Of a stretch of DNA of 64,000 bases, positions 12,001 to 23,946 are shown in pieces (the first letter of the stretch is position 1; each line of letters opens with the position of its first letter). Source of the DNA: Dendrobates tinctorius (taxonomy: Eukaryota). The position numbers and the translations under genes are program-made. The stretch is from positions 2,728,001 through 2,792,000 of the forward strand of contig NW_027361840.1 of the NCBI RefSeq assembly GCF_039654945.1, in the 5' to 3' direction. The notes beneath the pieces are model-generated. The model worked only from the letters and a program-made list of their open reading frames with translations, had not been told where the DNA came from and ran no database searches.

Positions 12001-13540
12001 TTCTGGGTATGGAGCTTTTTAAGGTGTCTTTTTATGTCTTTTATGTTTTTTCTTTCCCACTTTTTCTTTTGCTTTATCCAAAAAATTGTGGTCTTACTCA
12101 TTTTAATTCTTTATTTCATCCCAAGGTGCTCGGTTTCTATGTTGCCTCCTGATGAGACCTTTCACCTACTCTTCTAAAAGCCATCATTTCAGGAGAAGAT
12201 CATGATCCGGGACAGAGTGATAAAGAAGATGAAAATAATAACTGATTGTGGAAGAAAAAATATGGACACTTTTCTCACTTTTTTTTCATTCATTGCACAT
12301 GTTCCCTATATTATTTTTTATTTACATGTGTATTTTCAGCCCCATGTCTTTCGCGTAATTTATGCTTTTTCTTTGGTATCATGTATATACATGTGTGTAC
12401 ATATATCATATTATTAATATTTATATGTTATCCTTGCCTTGTGTCCAGCATGTAATGTTTTATGTATACACAGCTTTGTGTTCACACACGTTAGGTCTCC
12501 TTCACATTCACCTCATGCAGGTCATTTATGCTCATTTCCCTTTTTGGTATAGTAATATGCCTCTTCTATTCATAACTCGCCCCTAACAGGTCCTTCACGT
12601 ACACACGCGGGTCCATTCCTCGTCATCCACACACACCGCCAGCTTCACTCCTCCTCAGTTCACTTCTCTCATTTACATATTTTTGTGTCCGGTCCCTTCC
12701 TACAAGTCCAGTCGAGTTTATATTTATATTCCCAGTGTCTAATGCGCACGCGTTAGCCCTGTATCCTCCTACTGACCACCGGACGGGCTCTGAACAGTGA
12801 CACGCAGTGTGCGTCACCTGCGCGCCACAGAGCGCATCTGCGGAAGTCCCCTTAGCAAAAGGAGGCGGGACTTCCTGACGTGCGCTACAACAGACCAATG
12901 GAAGCTCCTCCACACTCCTCCCCGGTATCTAGCACCTCGGCATAAATATTCCTCTGTCACCTCCTTATCTCCACGCCCCTGGAAGAAGCTACTTAGCGAA
13001 ACGCGCTCGTCAGGCGGGGGGAGATATCCTGCGGCAATTACCTTTCACTGGTGGATGCTGCACCTAACCCGGCCCACGTCTTACTATCCGGCACTAACCA
13101 TCAGTCCTTTGCTTTATACATGAGCACATCCATTATAAACCTGTGACTCTGTGCGGCTCCATGGTGCATTCCTCCCCATTAACCCTACATTATACCCAGC
13201 TCTCTAACAGTCACATGTGCAATGCTGCTCCTTTTGCAGATACTCAGTAGTAACAAACAATGGTGATTATTGTCATCTGCTGAGGCATGCTGAACCTTGT
13301 AGTGACTAATTTGCATGTAAGAACCTTTTTGTATTTATACCTACCTATAGGGTTATTTATTGCTCCTTCATGTCCGTGTTTACTTTCTTTGCCGCAGCTT
13401 GTCCCCCTCTTATTTGGAGGCCTGTTACCCTGTCTTTTTAATTTTCTCATTTTTTAATATATTCAATAAAGAATAATTTTGTAACAATTTATATTTTCTG
13501 TTATCTTCACTTTCTTTCCACATGGCATATATCATTGTGG
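9051..13540 (+). mobile_element. Penelope-like element (Neptune group), decayed: RT + Zn finger + GIY-YIG endonuclease, long 3' non-coding region
   Basis: IIPRGLR and VINLS...KGLTFSP N-terminal motifs; RT QGTAMGASCAPSYANL...RYIDD (10163-10876); CGLCKAC linker; GVIYHATCSCNLIYIGLTTR...VREH...YGLNE at ~11620-11980; many stops and frameshifts. The right boundary is approximate. Confidence 0.9.
12966..13026 (+). ncRNA. Degenerate minimal type I hammerhead ribozyme in the PLE 3' region
   Basis: tatctccacgccc-CTG(G)AAGA-a-gct actt agc-GAAAC gcgctc GTC-aggcgggggagata. Stems I and II can form, but the core has one extra G. Confidence 0.6.
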
Positions 13541-13663
13541 AGTATGCTGAGCTCAGTACTGAAGTGACCTTGCTTCAAAGAAAGGACTAGGAGATTAAAT
13601 TAATATTATGCAGAATTTAGGGTGATCCGAACCCAAAGGAGGAGACTTTCATTCTAAAGTTTA

Positions 13664-14612
13664 GGCTAAGTGCACACGTACCGGAACTCTCGCGGAAATT
13701 ACCGCGAGAATTCTGGAATTCCAGTCCGTGGGAAAATCGCATTTTAAATTCCCGCGATTTTCCCGCGGAAAAACAAGCATTTTGCAAGCGTAATTAGCTT
13801 GCAGAATGCTAGCGTTTTCCAAGCGATCTGTAGCATCGCTTGGAGAACTGATTGACAGATTGGTCACACTCGTCAAACATAGTGTTTGACGAGTGTGACC
13901 ACCTTTTTACTATTGAGGCCGCCTATGCAGCATCAGTAGTAAAAGATAGAATGTAAAAAAAAAAAAAAAAAAAAAAATGGTGTTATTCTCACCCTCCGAC
14001 GTCTCGCGCATCCGTTCCCAGTAGTCCTTTGCGAAAATGCCCGCGATGACGTCAGTTCTCGCGGGAACGCGATGTCTCGCGGTAATTCGCGATGACGTCG
14101 CGCGAATTACCGCGAGACTTCGCGATCCCGCGAGATCGGACGCCATCGCAGGCATTTTCGCAAAGGACTACTGGGACCGGAGCGTGAAGAGAAGCGGGAA
14201 GCCTGCGCTGGACGTCGGAGGGTAAGAATAACAATATTTTTTATTTTAAATTCTTTTTTTTACAGGGATATGGTACCCAAAGCCCGGAGGACAGTCTCCT
14301 CTCCTCCGGACCGTGGGTACCATCCGCAATTGTTCTGCTTACTTTCCGCATGTTGTGCACAGCCACATGCGGGAAGTAAGCGGGACAATGCATTCCTATG
14401 GGTGCGGGATCGCCGCGATTCCGCAAAATAATGAGCATGCTGCGGTTTTTACCGCGAAGCGATTCCGCCGCGGTAAAAACCGCAGCATTAGCACAGCATT
14501 ACGGAATCCCATAGGAATGCATGGGATGCTTATTTTTCGTGTTTTCGCGGCAAAATCGCGCGGTTAAAACTGCCGCGGAAACGCGAAAAAAACGCCACGT
14601 GTGAACTCAGCC
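13664..14612. mobile_element. PIF/Harbinger-type MITE
   Basis: TIRs GGCTAAGTGCACACGT / ACGTGTGAACTCAGCC; TTA target duplication at 13661-13663 and 14613-14615; internal CpG-rich palindrome. Confidence 0.88.
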
Positions 14613-15909
14613 TTATTCATAATCTAATCACTTTTCTAATATATTTCACCGTTCCCTCTCTCCTCTGACCTCCTGTCTTCTTGGGTTTTTTTTTATTTTT
14701 ACTTCGAAATGACATTTGTTTGAGAATCCCAGTGCATTTTGGGGCACTCACATGGGACATCATTAGGGGGCAGAGGATGCGGTCAGTGCCACTTCTAAAG
14801 AGTAATAATTGGATATGTGTTTATATTTCTTATTACACTCAGTTCCGTACTGAACATTGCCGTCTGCTGACACTACATAGGTTATTTTTGTAAGTTTAGC
14901 TCAGGGTAAATGTCAACTCCATATATAGAGACCACGTGCTTTGAGGGACGTATATTTAAGGTGGGCTCTTCTCCACTTCCACATTCGAGGGGACATCTTG
15001 CTCGGACACTACGGACAGCTGGTATGTAATCTAATCACCATCCAGAAAAGCTGCGTTACTACAAGACAGACGCCTTTTTCAGAGTTCCAGGAAAGAAGGA
15101 TTAATGAACAAATGGACCAGCTCTCTTTATAATCATTTAACCTGTTTTTATGTTTTTCTGTAATAATCTTTTCTCTGATGGAAGAATCCAAATAAACCAC
15201 CACATTTTTTCTATAAGAACATTGTCATATTTTAGTGTATCACATCTGGTAAGAAGTCCTGAATAATATACAAGAATATGCATTTTTAACAGCCACAGCT
15301 GCTTTCCGCATCATGAAAAGAAGCGTCATCTGTTTCAGAAACGACTGGTCCCTGCCGGGTCATCTCTTCTCCTTAGAGCCAGCAAGGGAGCGCACTGTCA
15401 CTGTGCATTCAAAGGAATATAGCACAGGGAGCGCACTGTCACTGTGCATTCAAAGGAATATAGCACAGGGAGCTCACACTTAGGATGAGTCAGAATTTAC
15501 GTACGACGCATTATCAGGTGAGCAGGACTAGCTGAGCCTCCAAAACAGACGTCACTGATGGTGCCTCATTTCAGAGAGGGGCAGAGGCTGCAGCAGTGAC
15601 CACAGCTTCTGCCCCATGATGACGGCTCATTAGAGTATCCCAGCATGCACTGGTGAATCGCGAACAAAATGGGACGTTAAAAAAAAAAAAAGGCAGGATG
15701 TCAGAATGTAGAGCGTACGTTAGGGAATTTTTCATTGAAGTATATTAGAAAACAAGATGAGATTATTACACTGAGTAGATATACATTTAATATGAAATTC
15801 ACCTTTGGTTCCGGACCGCCCCTTTAAGTTCAGCCGATTGGTTCGGCCCTCCACAGCAGTGCCAGTTTCTCATGTGGCCCCTTGGGAAAATTAATTGCCC
15901 ACCCCTGGG

Positions 15910-16200
15910 GCATTGAGTGTATGTCCCTGAGGGATGGCAATGGGGGCAGGGAGTATGAGTATCTATGGGGCCAGTGAGTTTGGGTCCCTGGGGGGGTTGA
16001 CAATGGGCACAGGGAGTATGTGTCTCTATGGGGCAAGTGAGTGTGGGTCCCTGGGGGATGGCAATGGGGGCAGGGAGTATGTGTCTCTATGGGGCCAGTG
16101 AGTGTGGGTCCCTGGGGGATGGCAATGGGGGCAGGGAGTATGTGTCTCTATGGGGCCAGTGAGTGTGGGTCCCTGGGGGGGTGACAATGGGCACAGGGAG
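15910..16200. repeat. ~60-bp G-rich minisatellite (~5 copies)
   Basis: Unit gggcagggagtatgtgtctctatggggccagtgagtgtgggtccctgggggatggcaatg repeated. Confidence 0.85.
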
Positions 16201-16737
16201 ACAGCTGGACTGCAGCTTCCTATGGAGGGGTCAGGATAGTAGCTGTTGGCTTTGTAGAATATTTGGCTGAAAACGCCCTTTTTGCCCACAGACCGCCATG
16301 CTACATTGCTGTAGTCGCCATTTCCCCCCCTCACTACCTCTTTCTTATGACACGATTTCTAGTTCGGCTCCCCAGGTTATTTCCTTTATGGCATATGGCG
16401 CCACTCCTGGTGACTGGAGCGCACTGCAGCTGGACTGTTCCACGGCCATTCAAGAAGCATTGCAAGGAATAGCGAGGGGGTCGCTCCCTTTCTGTAAAAT
16501 GACTGACACCAGATCATCCCTTGATGCCCGACACGCTTCTTGGACACCCTGGAGACAATCCAAATGTTACGGTGTTTTCCTGGGGGTCCGGGAGCTGGGT
16601 GAGAAGGGCAATGAGCTCATTGGGGGCACCAGGGCTGATGTTTCTATACCTGGGGTGGGATCATGTACCAGCAGGCACCCATGCTGTTATTTCTGGGTGT
16701 GAGCATCCAAAACTTGCTTTTTTTTAAGTTAAAGCTT

Positions 16738-16743
16738 TTTATT
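16738..16743 (-). terminator. Probable JMJD4 polyadenylation signal
   Basis: AATAAA on the minus strand about 265 nt downstream of the JMJD4 stop codon. Confidence 0.55.
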
Positions 16744-17007
16744 GGTTTACAGAAACACAGCGGGACACGTTCTGTCCCTGAGTGAGAAACTCAAGAAATA
16801 TTTTGTGTTACTTTTTCCACTCACACCCAGAGCTGCAATCACAATTCTGCTTGCCCGTCACCGCTCAGGTTACAAGACCTTAAGTCTCCTCGCTGCCCCC
16901 TGCTGGTTCAGTGTCTGTGCGGGATAGAGGATTTCTGCATGCCGCACACGCTATAGCACTCAGAATGCAGTACGACCACGGTCACATTTTCATCCTCTGT
17001 GCTCCCG

Positions 17008-17295
17008 TCATTGTATCTCTCTCTCCAGCTCCGTCAGTAAGTCTTCGGGGCGGGGTTGTAATGTTTCTGTGCCCAGATTTTGGAAATCTTGGTTGTCCAT
17101 TAATAAAACCAAAGTATCAGCAATCTTCCTGAGATCAAACTGTACATGTCGGGGCCCCGGGGCCATCACCTGGGGGCTCTGCAGGACGTTGTTCTCATGT
17201 CCTTCCCGTAAGACCTGAATTCTGTGCTCAGCAATGATCCTCAGGAAGGTGAAAAACTCTTTATAATCAATCCCAGAGCAGGATTTCAGGATGAT
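17008..17295 (-). CDS. JMJD4: JMJD4 (2-oxoglutarate/Fe-dependent lysyl hydroxylase), last coding exon
   Basis: cag|ATCATCCTG: IILKSCSGIDYKEFFTFLRIIAEHR...FDLRKIADTL...QPRPEDLL; TGA at 17010-17008; phase 0. Confidence 0.93.
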   Translation of the reverse strand: MILKSCSGIDYKEFFTFLRIIAEHRIQVLREGHENNVLQSPQVMAPGPRHVQFDLRKIADTLVLLMDNQDFQNLGTETLQPRPEDLLTELEREIQ

Positions 17296-17347
17296 CTGTG
17301 CAAAATATGAAAAGTACAAATGATTCCCACAGCAAGAAAATAACAGG

Positions 17348-17920
17348 GACGGGGCTCAGCACCACCGGGGAGAAAATGAACGGGGCTCAGCACCACCAGG
17401 GAGAAAATGAACGGGGCTCAGCACCACCGGGGAGAAAATGAACGGGGCTCAGCACCACCGGGGAGAAAATGAACGGGGCTCAGCACCACCGGGGAGAAAA
17501 TAAACGGGGCTCAGCATCACCGGGGAGAAAATAAACGGGGCTCAGCACCACCAGGGAGAAAATGAACGGGGCTCAGCAACACCAGGGAGAAAATGAACGG
17601 GCTCAGCACTATCAGGGAGAACAGGGATGGGGCTCGGCCTCATCCAAAGATCATGGATGGGGCTCAGCACCACCCGGCAGAAAATGAACGGGGCTCAGCA
17701 CCACCAGGGAGAAAATAAATGGGGCTCAACACTATCCAGGAAAACATGGACAGGGCTCGGCATCACCCAAATATCATGGATGGGGCTCAGCACCACCCGG
17801 CAGAAAATGAACGGGGCTCAGCACTATCCGGGAAAACATGGACAGGGCTCGGCATCACCCAAAGATCATGGATGGGGCTCAGCACCAATCCAGGAGAACA
17901 GGGGACAGGGCTCAGTACCA
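17348..17920. repeat. 31-bp minisatellite in a JMJD4 intron
   Basis: gggctcagcaccaccggggagaaaatgaacg repeated, decaying rightwards. Confidence 0.9.
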
Positions 17921-18151
17921 CCTAGGACACCATGAAGTGGCATGGTACCACAGGTAGAACAGAGATGGGGCTCGGTACGACAAGATACTCGGAACTGGGA
18001 CAGGACTCAGCACAACATGGAAAACATGAACGGGGCTTGGCACCAGAGGGAGAATGGAGACCGGACTCAGCACCACCGAGGGCTAGGTATTATGAAATGA
18101 AGGTCAGCGTTACAGGGTTTCCGGGATCTTAAATGATTAACGTTCTGTCAC

Positions 18152-18298
18152 CTGACAGTGCTGCTCCCAGTCGTCCATCGTTTCCTTCCACTCACTGATC
18201 TCGCTCTTCACATCGCTCAGCTCCGCCTGCAGGAAGCTCCACATGACCAAGACGTTACACCCGTTCACCCAGTTATGGTTGATGGAGATGGTGTCCTC
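18152..18298 (-). CDS. JMJD4: JMJD4 coding exon 5 (147 nt)
   Basis: cag|EDTISINHNWVNGCNVLVMWSFLQAELSDVKSEISEWKETMDDWEQHCQ|gtgaca. Confidence 0.95.
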
Positions 18299-18537
18299 CT
18301 GGAAGATCAGATTCATAATTCTTGATGTCAGAACTGTCTCCAGATTTTAATCCCTCCACCATATATGCTCTTATAGGGCTGTGACCTCGTCACCCGAGGG
18401 TCCTCTGACCACGTCACCCGGGGGTCCTCCGACCTCTCTCAGATCTCATATCCATTTGAAAACTGTGGACCTTTCATTATGTGAAATAAACGCATAACCC
18501 AATTACAGGTGAAGGGGAATGTGGCGCAGCCTCTCAC

Positions 18538-18781
18538 CAAATTGTACACCTGATGGTGCCAACCACTGGGTACAAAGAGGATCTCCCCGGGCTCCTGTAT
18601 GACCTCCAGGAATGGGGGGCAGACGTCGTGGAGCGAAGGTGCGGTCACATCGTATGGAAGGCGCCCGCTGCAATCACGAAGATGTTCCTCCTGGCCAGGC
18701 GGGAAGAGCAGCCACTTCTTACGACCACATATATTCGCTGACCAACTGTAGGATCGAAAGACGTCAGCGTGGAACGGAGTC
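18538..18781 (-). CDS. JMJD4: JMJD4 coding exon 4 (244 nt; JmjC HxD...H triad)
   Basis: cag|(W)TPFHADVFRSYSWSANICGRKKWLLFPPGQE...QEPGEILFVPSGWHHQVYNL|gtgaga. Confidence 0.95.
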
Positions 18782-19639
18782 CTGTCAGTGTGACATTATA
18801 GGAAAGGGATTATTATAATGTGGAGGGCATCCTGCAATCAAACACCACAGTAATGGTCGTCCGGCAGAATTAGCGGCAGTCGCCTCTTTGCCTTCCTCAC
18901 ATGCTAAACATTGCTGGAGAGCGACATGTCTACATAATTCAGTCAGGGGAAGGCTCTGCTCCATTGTACGACATCTGCTGCAGTGAGCGCTCTCAGCATA
19001 GCGACGTGCATGTGGGTGACAGCTGTGTGTACGGCTTGCCAGCTGCTGTGGATCTTTACTGCAGGTCAGCACACTGGGTACCGTGACAGGCAACATAAAA
19101 AAAAAGCCAGACTTAATTATGACTTGCTTCTCACAGCATCCTACGGCGCCGCTGTGTGCAAGCCATGCATCTGCATTGAGGTGTGATGTAGCAGCTGCAC
19201 ACAGCAATCCTTGGATGTGCCGCGGCCAAACACGCTGTGTAGCACCAGCGGAATGCTTCGCTCTGGCAGCCTAGGGAGACTGTGTATAGGGTAGTGTCCC
19301 TGATAGCAACGTGTCCCACCATGTCATCTTCATACTGATGGTGCAAGAGGACAGCGGCAGGCAAGGCAGTGTAGTCATTACACGGCGGCACGAGTCGCAC
19401 TGTTGGCTCTCTTTCACGCTCAACAGGTGTATAACACTGGCGCGTCTTTCTGGGCCGGGTCCTCTCCTCCTCACTTCCGCTCATTGCCCTGACTGAGAAT
19501 AAGTGACTGGAGCGCCGGAGCGGAGGCTGCAGCTGACCCCGAAAAAAGCGGAGCGGTCAGGACGAGGGCAACAGCAAGAGTGTCTCACAGTCCAGATACA
19601 AGAATGATAGAAGAAACATGCAAAAAAAAAAAAAAGCAA

Positions 19640-20560
19640 AACACGCCGACACCACCGAGCAAACGTCACCGACACTGCCGCACAAACGTCATCGCCGAGC
19701 AAACACCGCCGACGAGCGAACATCACCAGCACTGCCGAGCAAACCCCACTGACATCGCCGAGCAAATGTCACTGATACCGCCGCACAAGCGTCATTGCCG
19801 AGCAAACACCGCCGCCGAGCTAACACCGCCGAGCAAACGTCACCGACAGCACCGAGCAAACACCACCGCCTAGCTAACATCACCGATGAGCAAACCCCAC
19901 CGACATCGCCAAGCAAACCCCACCGACACCGCTGAGCAAACGTCACCGACACTGCCGCACAAACGTCATCACCGAGGAATCACCGCCGCCGAGCTAACAT
20001 CACCAGCACTGCCGAGCAAATGTCACTGATACCGCCGCACAAACGTCATTGCCAAGCAAACACCGCCGCCGAGCTAACACCGCCGAGCAAACGTCACCGA
20101 CACCACCGAGCAAACACCACCGCTGAGCTAACATCACCGATGAGCAAACCCCACCGACATTGCCAAGCAAACACCGCCGCCGAGCTAACATCACCAGCAC
20201 TGCCGAGCAAACCCCACTGACACCACCGAGCAAATGTCATTGACGAGCAAACACCGCCGCCGAGCTAACATCACCAGCACTGCCGAGCAAACCCCACCGA
20301 CACCACCAAGCAAACGTCACCAACACTGCCACACAAACGTCATCGCCGAGCAAACACCGCCGAGCAAACATCACCAACACTGCCACACAAACGTCATCGC
20401 CGAGCAAACACCACCGAGCAAACGTCACCGACACCACCGAGCCAACACCACCGCCGAGATAACATCACCGATGAGCAAACCCCACCGACATCGCCAAGCA
20501 AACACCACCGCCGAGCAAACATCATTAGCGTCACTAAGCAAACATCATCGACACCACCAA
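19640..20560. repeat. Complex CGAGCAAAC/CACCG low-complexity tandem repeat in a JMJD4 intron
   Basis: Recurrent gccgagcaaac(accgcc/gtcacc) modules. Confidence 0.85.
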
Positions 20561-20819
20561 GCAATCTTTACCGATATCAGAACTTGCGGAGCAAAAACTT
20601 CGGTATTCAAATGAGGCGGAAGTGATACTGAGGCAGATATTATAAAGAGGTAAATATTATAATGAGGTAAATATAAAGAGGTAAATATTATAATGAGGTG
20701 ATTACAGAAGCTTTTTTGGTTTTTACTAGAACAAAATAATTGTTTTACACCTCACACTTCATGTCTGCTGTTAATGGAACAATGATGGGCGTACAGATAC
20801 ACACTGCTGCCGTACATAC

Positions 20820-20945
20820 CAGGAACCGGCGGGGCCCATGTACACAAAGCGGTAATCGTCCACGCCGATGGCGTCCCAGTATTCATTCAACCAGTCAGAG
20901 GAGAAATAAAGTGGCGTCTCATACACGTCCTGATCCGGGAACGCC
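20820..20945 (-). CDS. JMJD4: JMJD4 coding exon 3 (126 nt)
   Basis: cag|(R)AFPDQDVYETPLYFSSDWLNEYWDAIGVDDYRFVYMGPAGS(W)|gtatgt. Confidence 0.95.
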
Positions 20946-21037
20946 CTGCAGAGAGAAGCAGGGGTCACACAGAGAACACTGGGGGAGGAGAAATGGACAG
21001 ACCTTACTATTGGAGAGAAGGGGACACCACACAGGAA

Positions 21038-21232
21038 GGAGGACAGACGCGACTCCCGGGGACGGGGAGGACAGACGCGACTCCCGGGGACGGGGAGGAC
21101 AGACGCGACTCCCGGGGACGGGGAGGACAGACGCGACTCCCGGGGACGGGGAGGACAGACGCGACTCCCGGGGACGGGGAGGACAGACGCGACTCCCGGG
21201 GACGGGGAGGACAGACGCGACTCCCGGGGGAG
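21038..21232. repeat. 28-bp near-perfect minisatellite (~7 copies) in a JMJD4 intron
   Basis: ggaggacagacgcgactcccggggacgg repeated. Confidence 0.92.
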
Positions 21233-21288
21233 GAGGATATTGAAGAATAAGCATGTCATCTGTAGTGGGCAGTGCCGCCTCCTTGCAC

Positions 21289-21454
21289 CTCCTCATGTGC
21301 CAGTCCTTCAGGTAGCGGCAGCCCAGGGCAGAGCGGTGGCCACTCTCGGTGTAGTCCCTCCAGTAGGCGATGTATTCTCGGAGGGGCTGGGGCTCCTTAG
21401 GATTGGAGTTGTATTCCTTCACATCACAATTTGCCACTGGAACGACGGCGTCTC
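21289..21454 (-). CDS. JMJD4: JMJD4 coding exon 2 (166 nt)
   Basis: cag|(G)DAVVPVANCDVKEYNSNPKEPQPLREYIAYWRDY...YLKDWHMR(R)|gtgcaa. Confidence 0.95.
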
Positions 21455-21702
21455 CTGAAATAGAAGAAATATAGGAATTGTTCCATGTGATGACTAGTGT
21501 GAGCCGAACCCCGGGGAACGACTGGACAGAAATGGCACAAGGTGCTGGAGAATAAGGCGAAACATCTGCTCCCCCATGGACAATCCCCCACCCAGGCTCC
21601 ATTAGGGGATGCGCTGGGGGCCGGCACCTGTCTCCATGCTACATGACGGTTGGTCCGATGGTCCTGTACCGTCTATGGGCGGCTGAGCCCCGCGGGACGT
21701 AC

Positions 21703-21886
21703 CGAACACCTGCAGCAGGTGATCCCAGTTGGGCTTGTTATCGACGGTGACCCAGGAGCGGCGGCTGCTCCACGTGCGGGAGAACTGGGCGGAGAGGAGG
21801 CACGGAGCGTTGGCGGCCATGTACTGATGGAAGAAATCATCATAGCTGAATGTGTCAGGGTCTTCTATGCGGTCAACGCGGCTCAT
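21703..21886 (-). CDS. JMJD4: JMJD4 first coding exon (184 nt)
   Basis: CCACCATG Kozak start; MSRVDRIEDPDTFSYDDFF...PCLLSAQFSRTWSSRRSWVT...PNWDHLLQVF(G)|gtacgt. All six exons join in phase to 1155 nt (384 aa). Confidence 0.88.
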
Positions 21887-21982
21887 GGTGGGGGAGGGGG
21901 GCTCACCATCTATTATATGTCTTATTATTACCGGGGGAGGGGCAACGGCACCATGACGACCAGATGTGACTATTATCACAAA

Positions 21983-22519
21983 GGGCCCCTGTGTTATCTT
22001 ATTGGGGCCCCTCTGTTATATTATCAGGGGCCCCTGGCTGCTTTCTTTCCCGGTCTCCTCCCGGGGCCTTATTGGGGCCCCTCTGTTATATTGTCGGGGC
22101 CCCTGGCTGCTTTCTTGCCCCCTGTCTCCTCCCGGGGCCCCTCTGCTATATTGTCGGGGCCCCTGGCTGCTTTCTTGCCCCCTGTCTCCTCCCGGGGCCC
22201 CTCTGTTATATTGTCGGGGCCCCTGTCTCCTCCCGGGGCCCCTCTGTTATATTGTCGGGGCCCCTGGCTGCTTTCTTGCCCCCTGTCTCCTCCCGGGGTC
22301 CCTCTGGTCTATTATTGGGGCCCCTGGCTGCTTTCTTGCCCCCTGTCTCCTCCCGGGGCCCCTCTGTTATATTGTCGGGGCCCCTGTCTCCTCCCGGGGC
22401 CCCTCTGTTATATTGTCGGGGCCCCTGGCTGCTTTCTTGCCCCCTGTCTCCTCCCGGGGCCCCTCTGGTCTATTATTGGGGCCCCTGGCTGCTTTCTTTC
22501 CCCGTCAACTCCCGGGGCC
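21983..22519. repeat. GGGGCCCCT-based modular tandem repeat upstream of the JMJD4 start
   Basis: Modules ctctgttatattgtcggggccc / ctggctgctttcttgcccc / ctgtctcctcccggggccc. Confidence 0.88.
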
Positions 22520-22685
22520 CAGGGCCGCCATCAGGGTATTACTAGCCTTACTGGTGTAAGGGGCCCCGGGAGCTGGAGGGGCCCCACGCTCAGAATTTTC
22601 ATAAACCGGAGCGCTGAGTGTGAGGAGGAAGCAGGAGTCACTGTGACAGACAGCTGGGAGAGGCAGCCAGTGCTGAGCAACAGGA

Positions 22686-22814
22686 GGGCGGGACTTTCCA
22701 GCATCCAATCCTGGCTGAGCACGGGCTTAGTGCAGTGCAGATATAGTATTCTTCCGCCACACAGTCTGGAGTGAGTCACTGAGCAGCAGTGCAGCCCTCA
22801 GTCCCCCGGTGAGT
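22686..22814 (+). promoter_or_regulatory. Promoter-like module: GC box, NF-kB site, CCAAT, AP-1 site and a 5' splice donor
   Basis: GGGCGG 22686-22691; GGGACTTTCC 22690-22699; CCAAT 22705-22709; TGAGTCA 22772-22778; CCG|GTGAGT at 22809. Confidence 0.45.
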
Positions 22815-23326
22815 GTCTGAGCCTGTGTTGTATGGCCAGTGTCTTGCCAGGATCTAGTCCAGTCCCTGTAGCAGATGGATCCTCAGTGAGTGGGCTGTGT
22901 GCTCAGTGACAGCGTCAGCCACACTATCAGCACAGCAGCCGCTCACCAAGGAAGGACGCTGCGATGTCCTGAGTCTGACCCCTGCCTGTATCAGCTATAG
23001 ACCAAGATAACAGCAGAGCTGAGTGCCCCCTCACCTCCTACAGAGAAGCATAAGACCCCTGAGCACAGCCTGCCCCCTGACAGGACACAGCAGCCCCCTC
23101 TTAGGATTCCCTGCATTTACTCTCCAAACTTATGTAAAAAAAACTTCAGTCTTCAGAATGGAGCTGTGGTGTCCTGTCAGGGGCAGAGGGGGCACACTGC
23201 CTTATCCTTCTCTGGAGGGGACAGGGGGCCAGGACACTGCTCATCAGGATTTATAGCATCTCCCAGAGATGTTATGTAACACAACCACACACTATATATA
23301 TATAATCACAAACACAGTATATGTTA

Positions 23327-23946
23327 GGGTATATGCACACATTGCAGATTCTGCTGCGTTGTACCCTTAGGCTATGTGCACATGTTGCGGATTCTGCTGC
23401 GGATCCGCAGCGGTTTTGGCTCTGTGGAACAGCAGCTAAGCTGCGGTGTACAGTACCATTGTTTTCAATGGAGAATGAAAAACGCAGTGCACATACTGTG
23501 GATTTTTCCGTGGATTACAATCCGCAGCATGTCAATTCTTTGTGCGGAATCCGCAGCGGTTTCACACCTTCTCCATTGTGAGGTGTGAAACCGCAGGGCT
23601 AATCCGCAGGTAAACCTCAGGTCTTTTGACCTGTGGATTTTTCCAAATCCGCACAGAAAAATCCGCAGCACGTTTCACTACGTGTGCGCATAGCCCAAAA
23701 GACTAAAACCAAAACTGTTGTGCACATGTTGCGGCTTTAAATCTGCAGCATGTCAATTATTTGTGCGGATCCGCAGCATTTTTACACCTCTTTTATTATA
23801 GGAATCCACAAGTGTAAAAACGCTGTAGAAATCTGCACAAAATCTGCAGAAAATCCTCAGGTAAAACGCAGGTAATTTTACTGGCGGATTCAGTGAAATT
23901 TGTGTGGAAAAATCCGCAGCAGAATCCGCAACAAGTGCACACACCC
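23327..23946. mobile_element. Nested PIF/Harbinger-type MITEs
   Basis: TTAGGGTATATGCACAC and TTAGGCTATGTGCACA left ends; GTGTGCGCATAGCC and GTGCACACACCCTAA right ends; AATCCGCA/TGCGGATT internal motifs. Confidence 0.7.

Noticed and set aside
12148-12170. CTGATGAG as a hammerhead core (similar hits near 30272 and 43599)
   Set aside because: No downstream GAAA/stem III/NUH arrangement. The 30272 hit is antisense CR1 ORF1 and the 43599 hit is the SNAP47 start codon context.
15386-15472. 41-bp direct duplication and nearby TGAGTCA
   Set aside because: A simple local slippage duplication, probably within a decayed MITE; no further structure.
21650-22774. 374-aa, 197-aa and 184-aa plus-strand ORFs
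   Set aside because: Antisense to JMJD4 exon 1 plus GC-rich tandem repeat; no protein signature.
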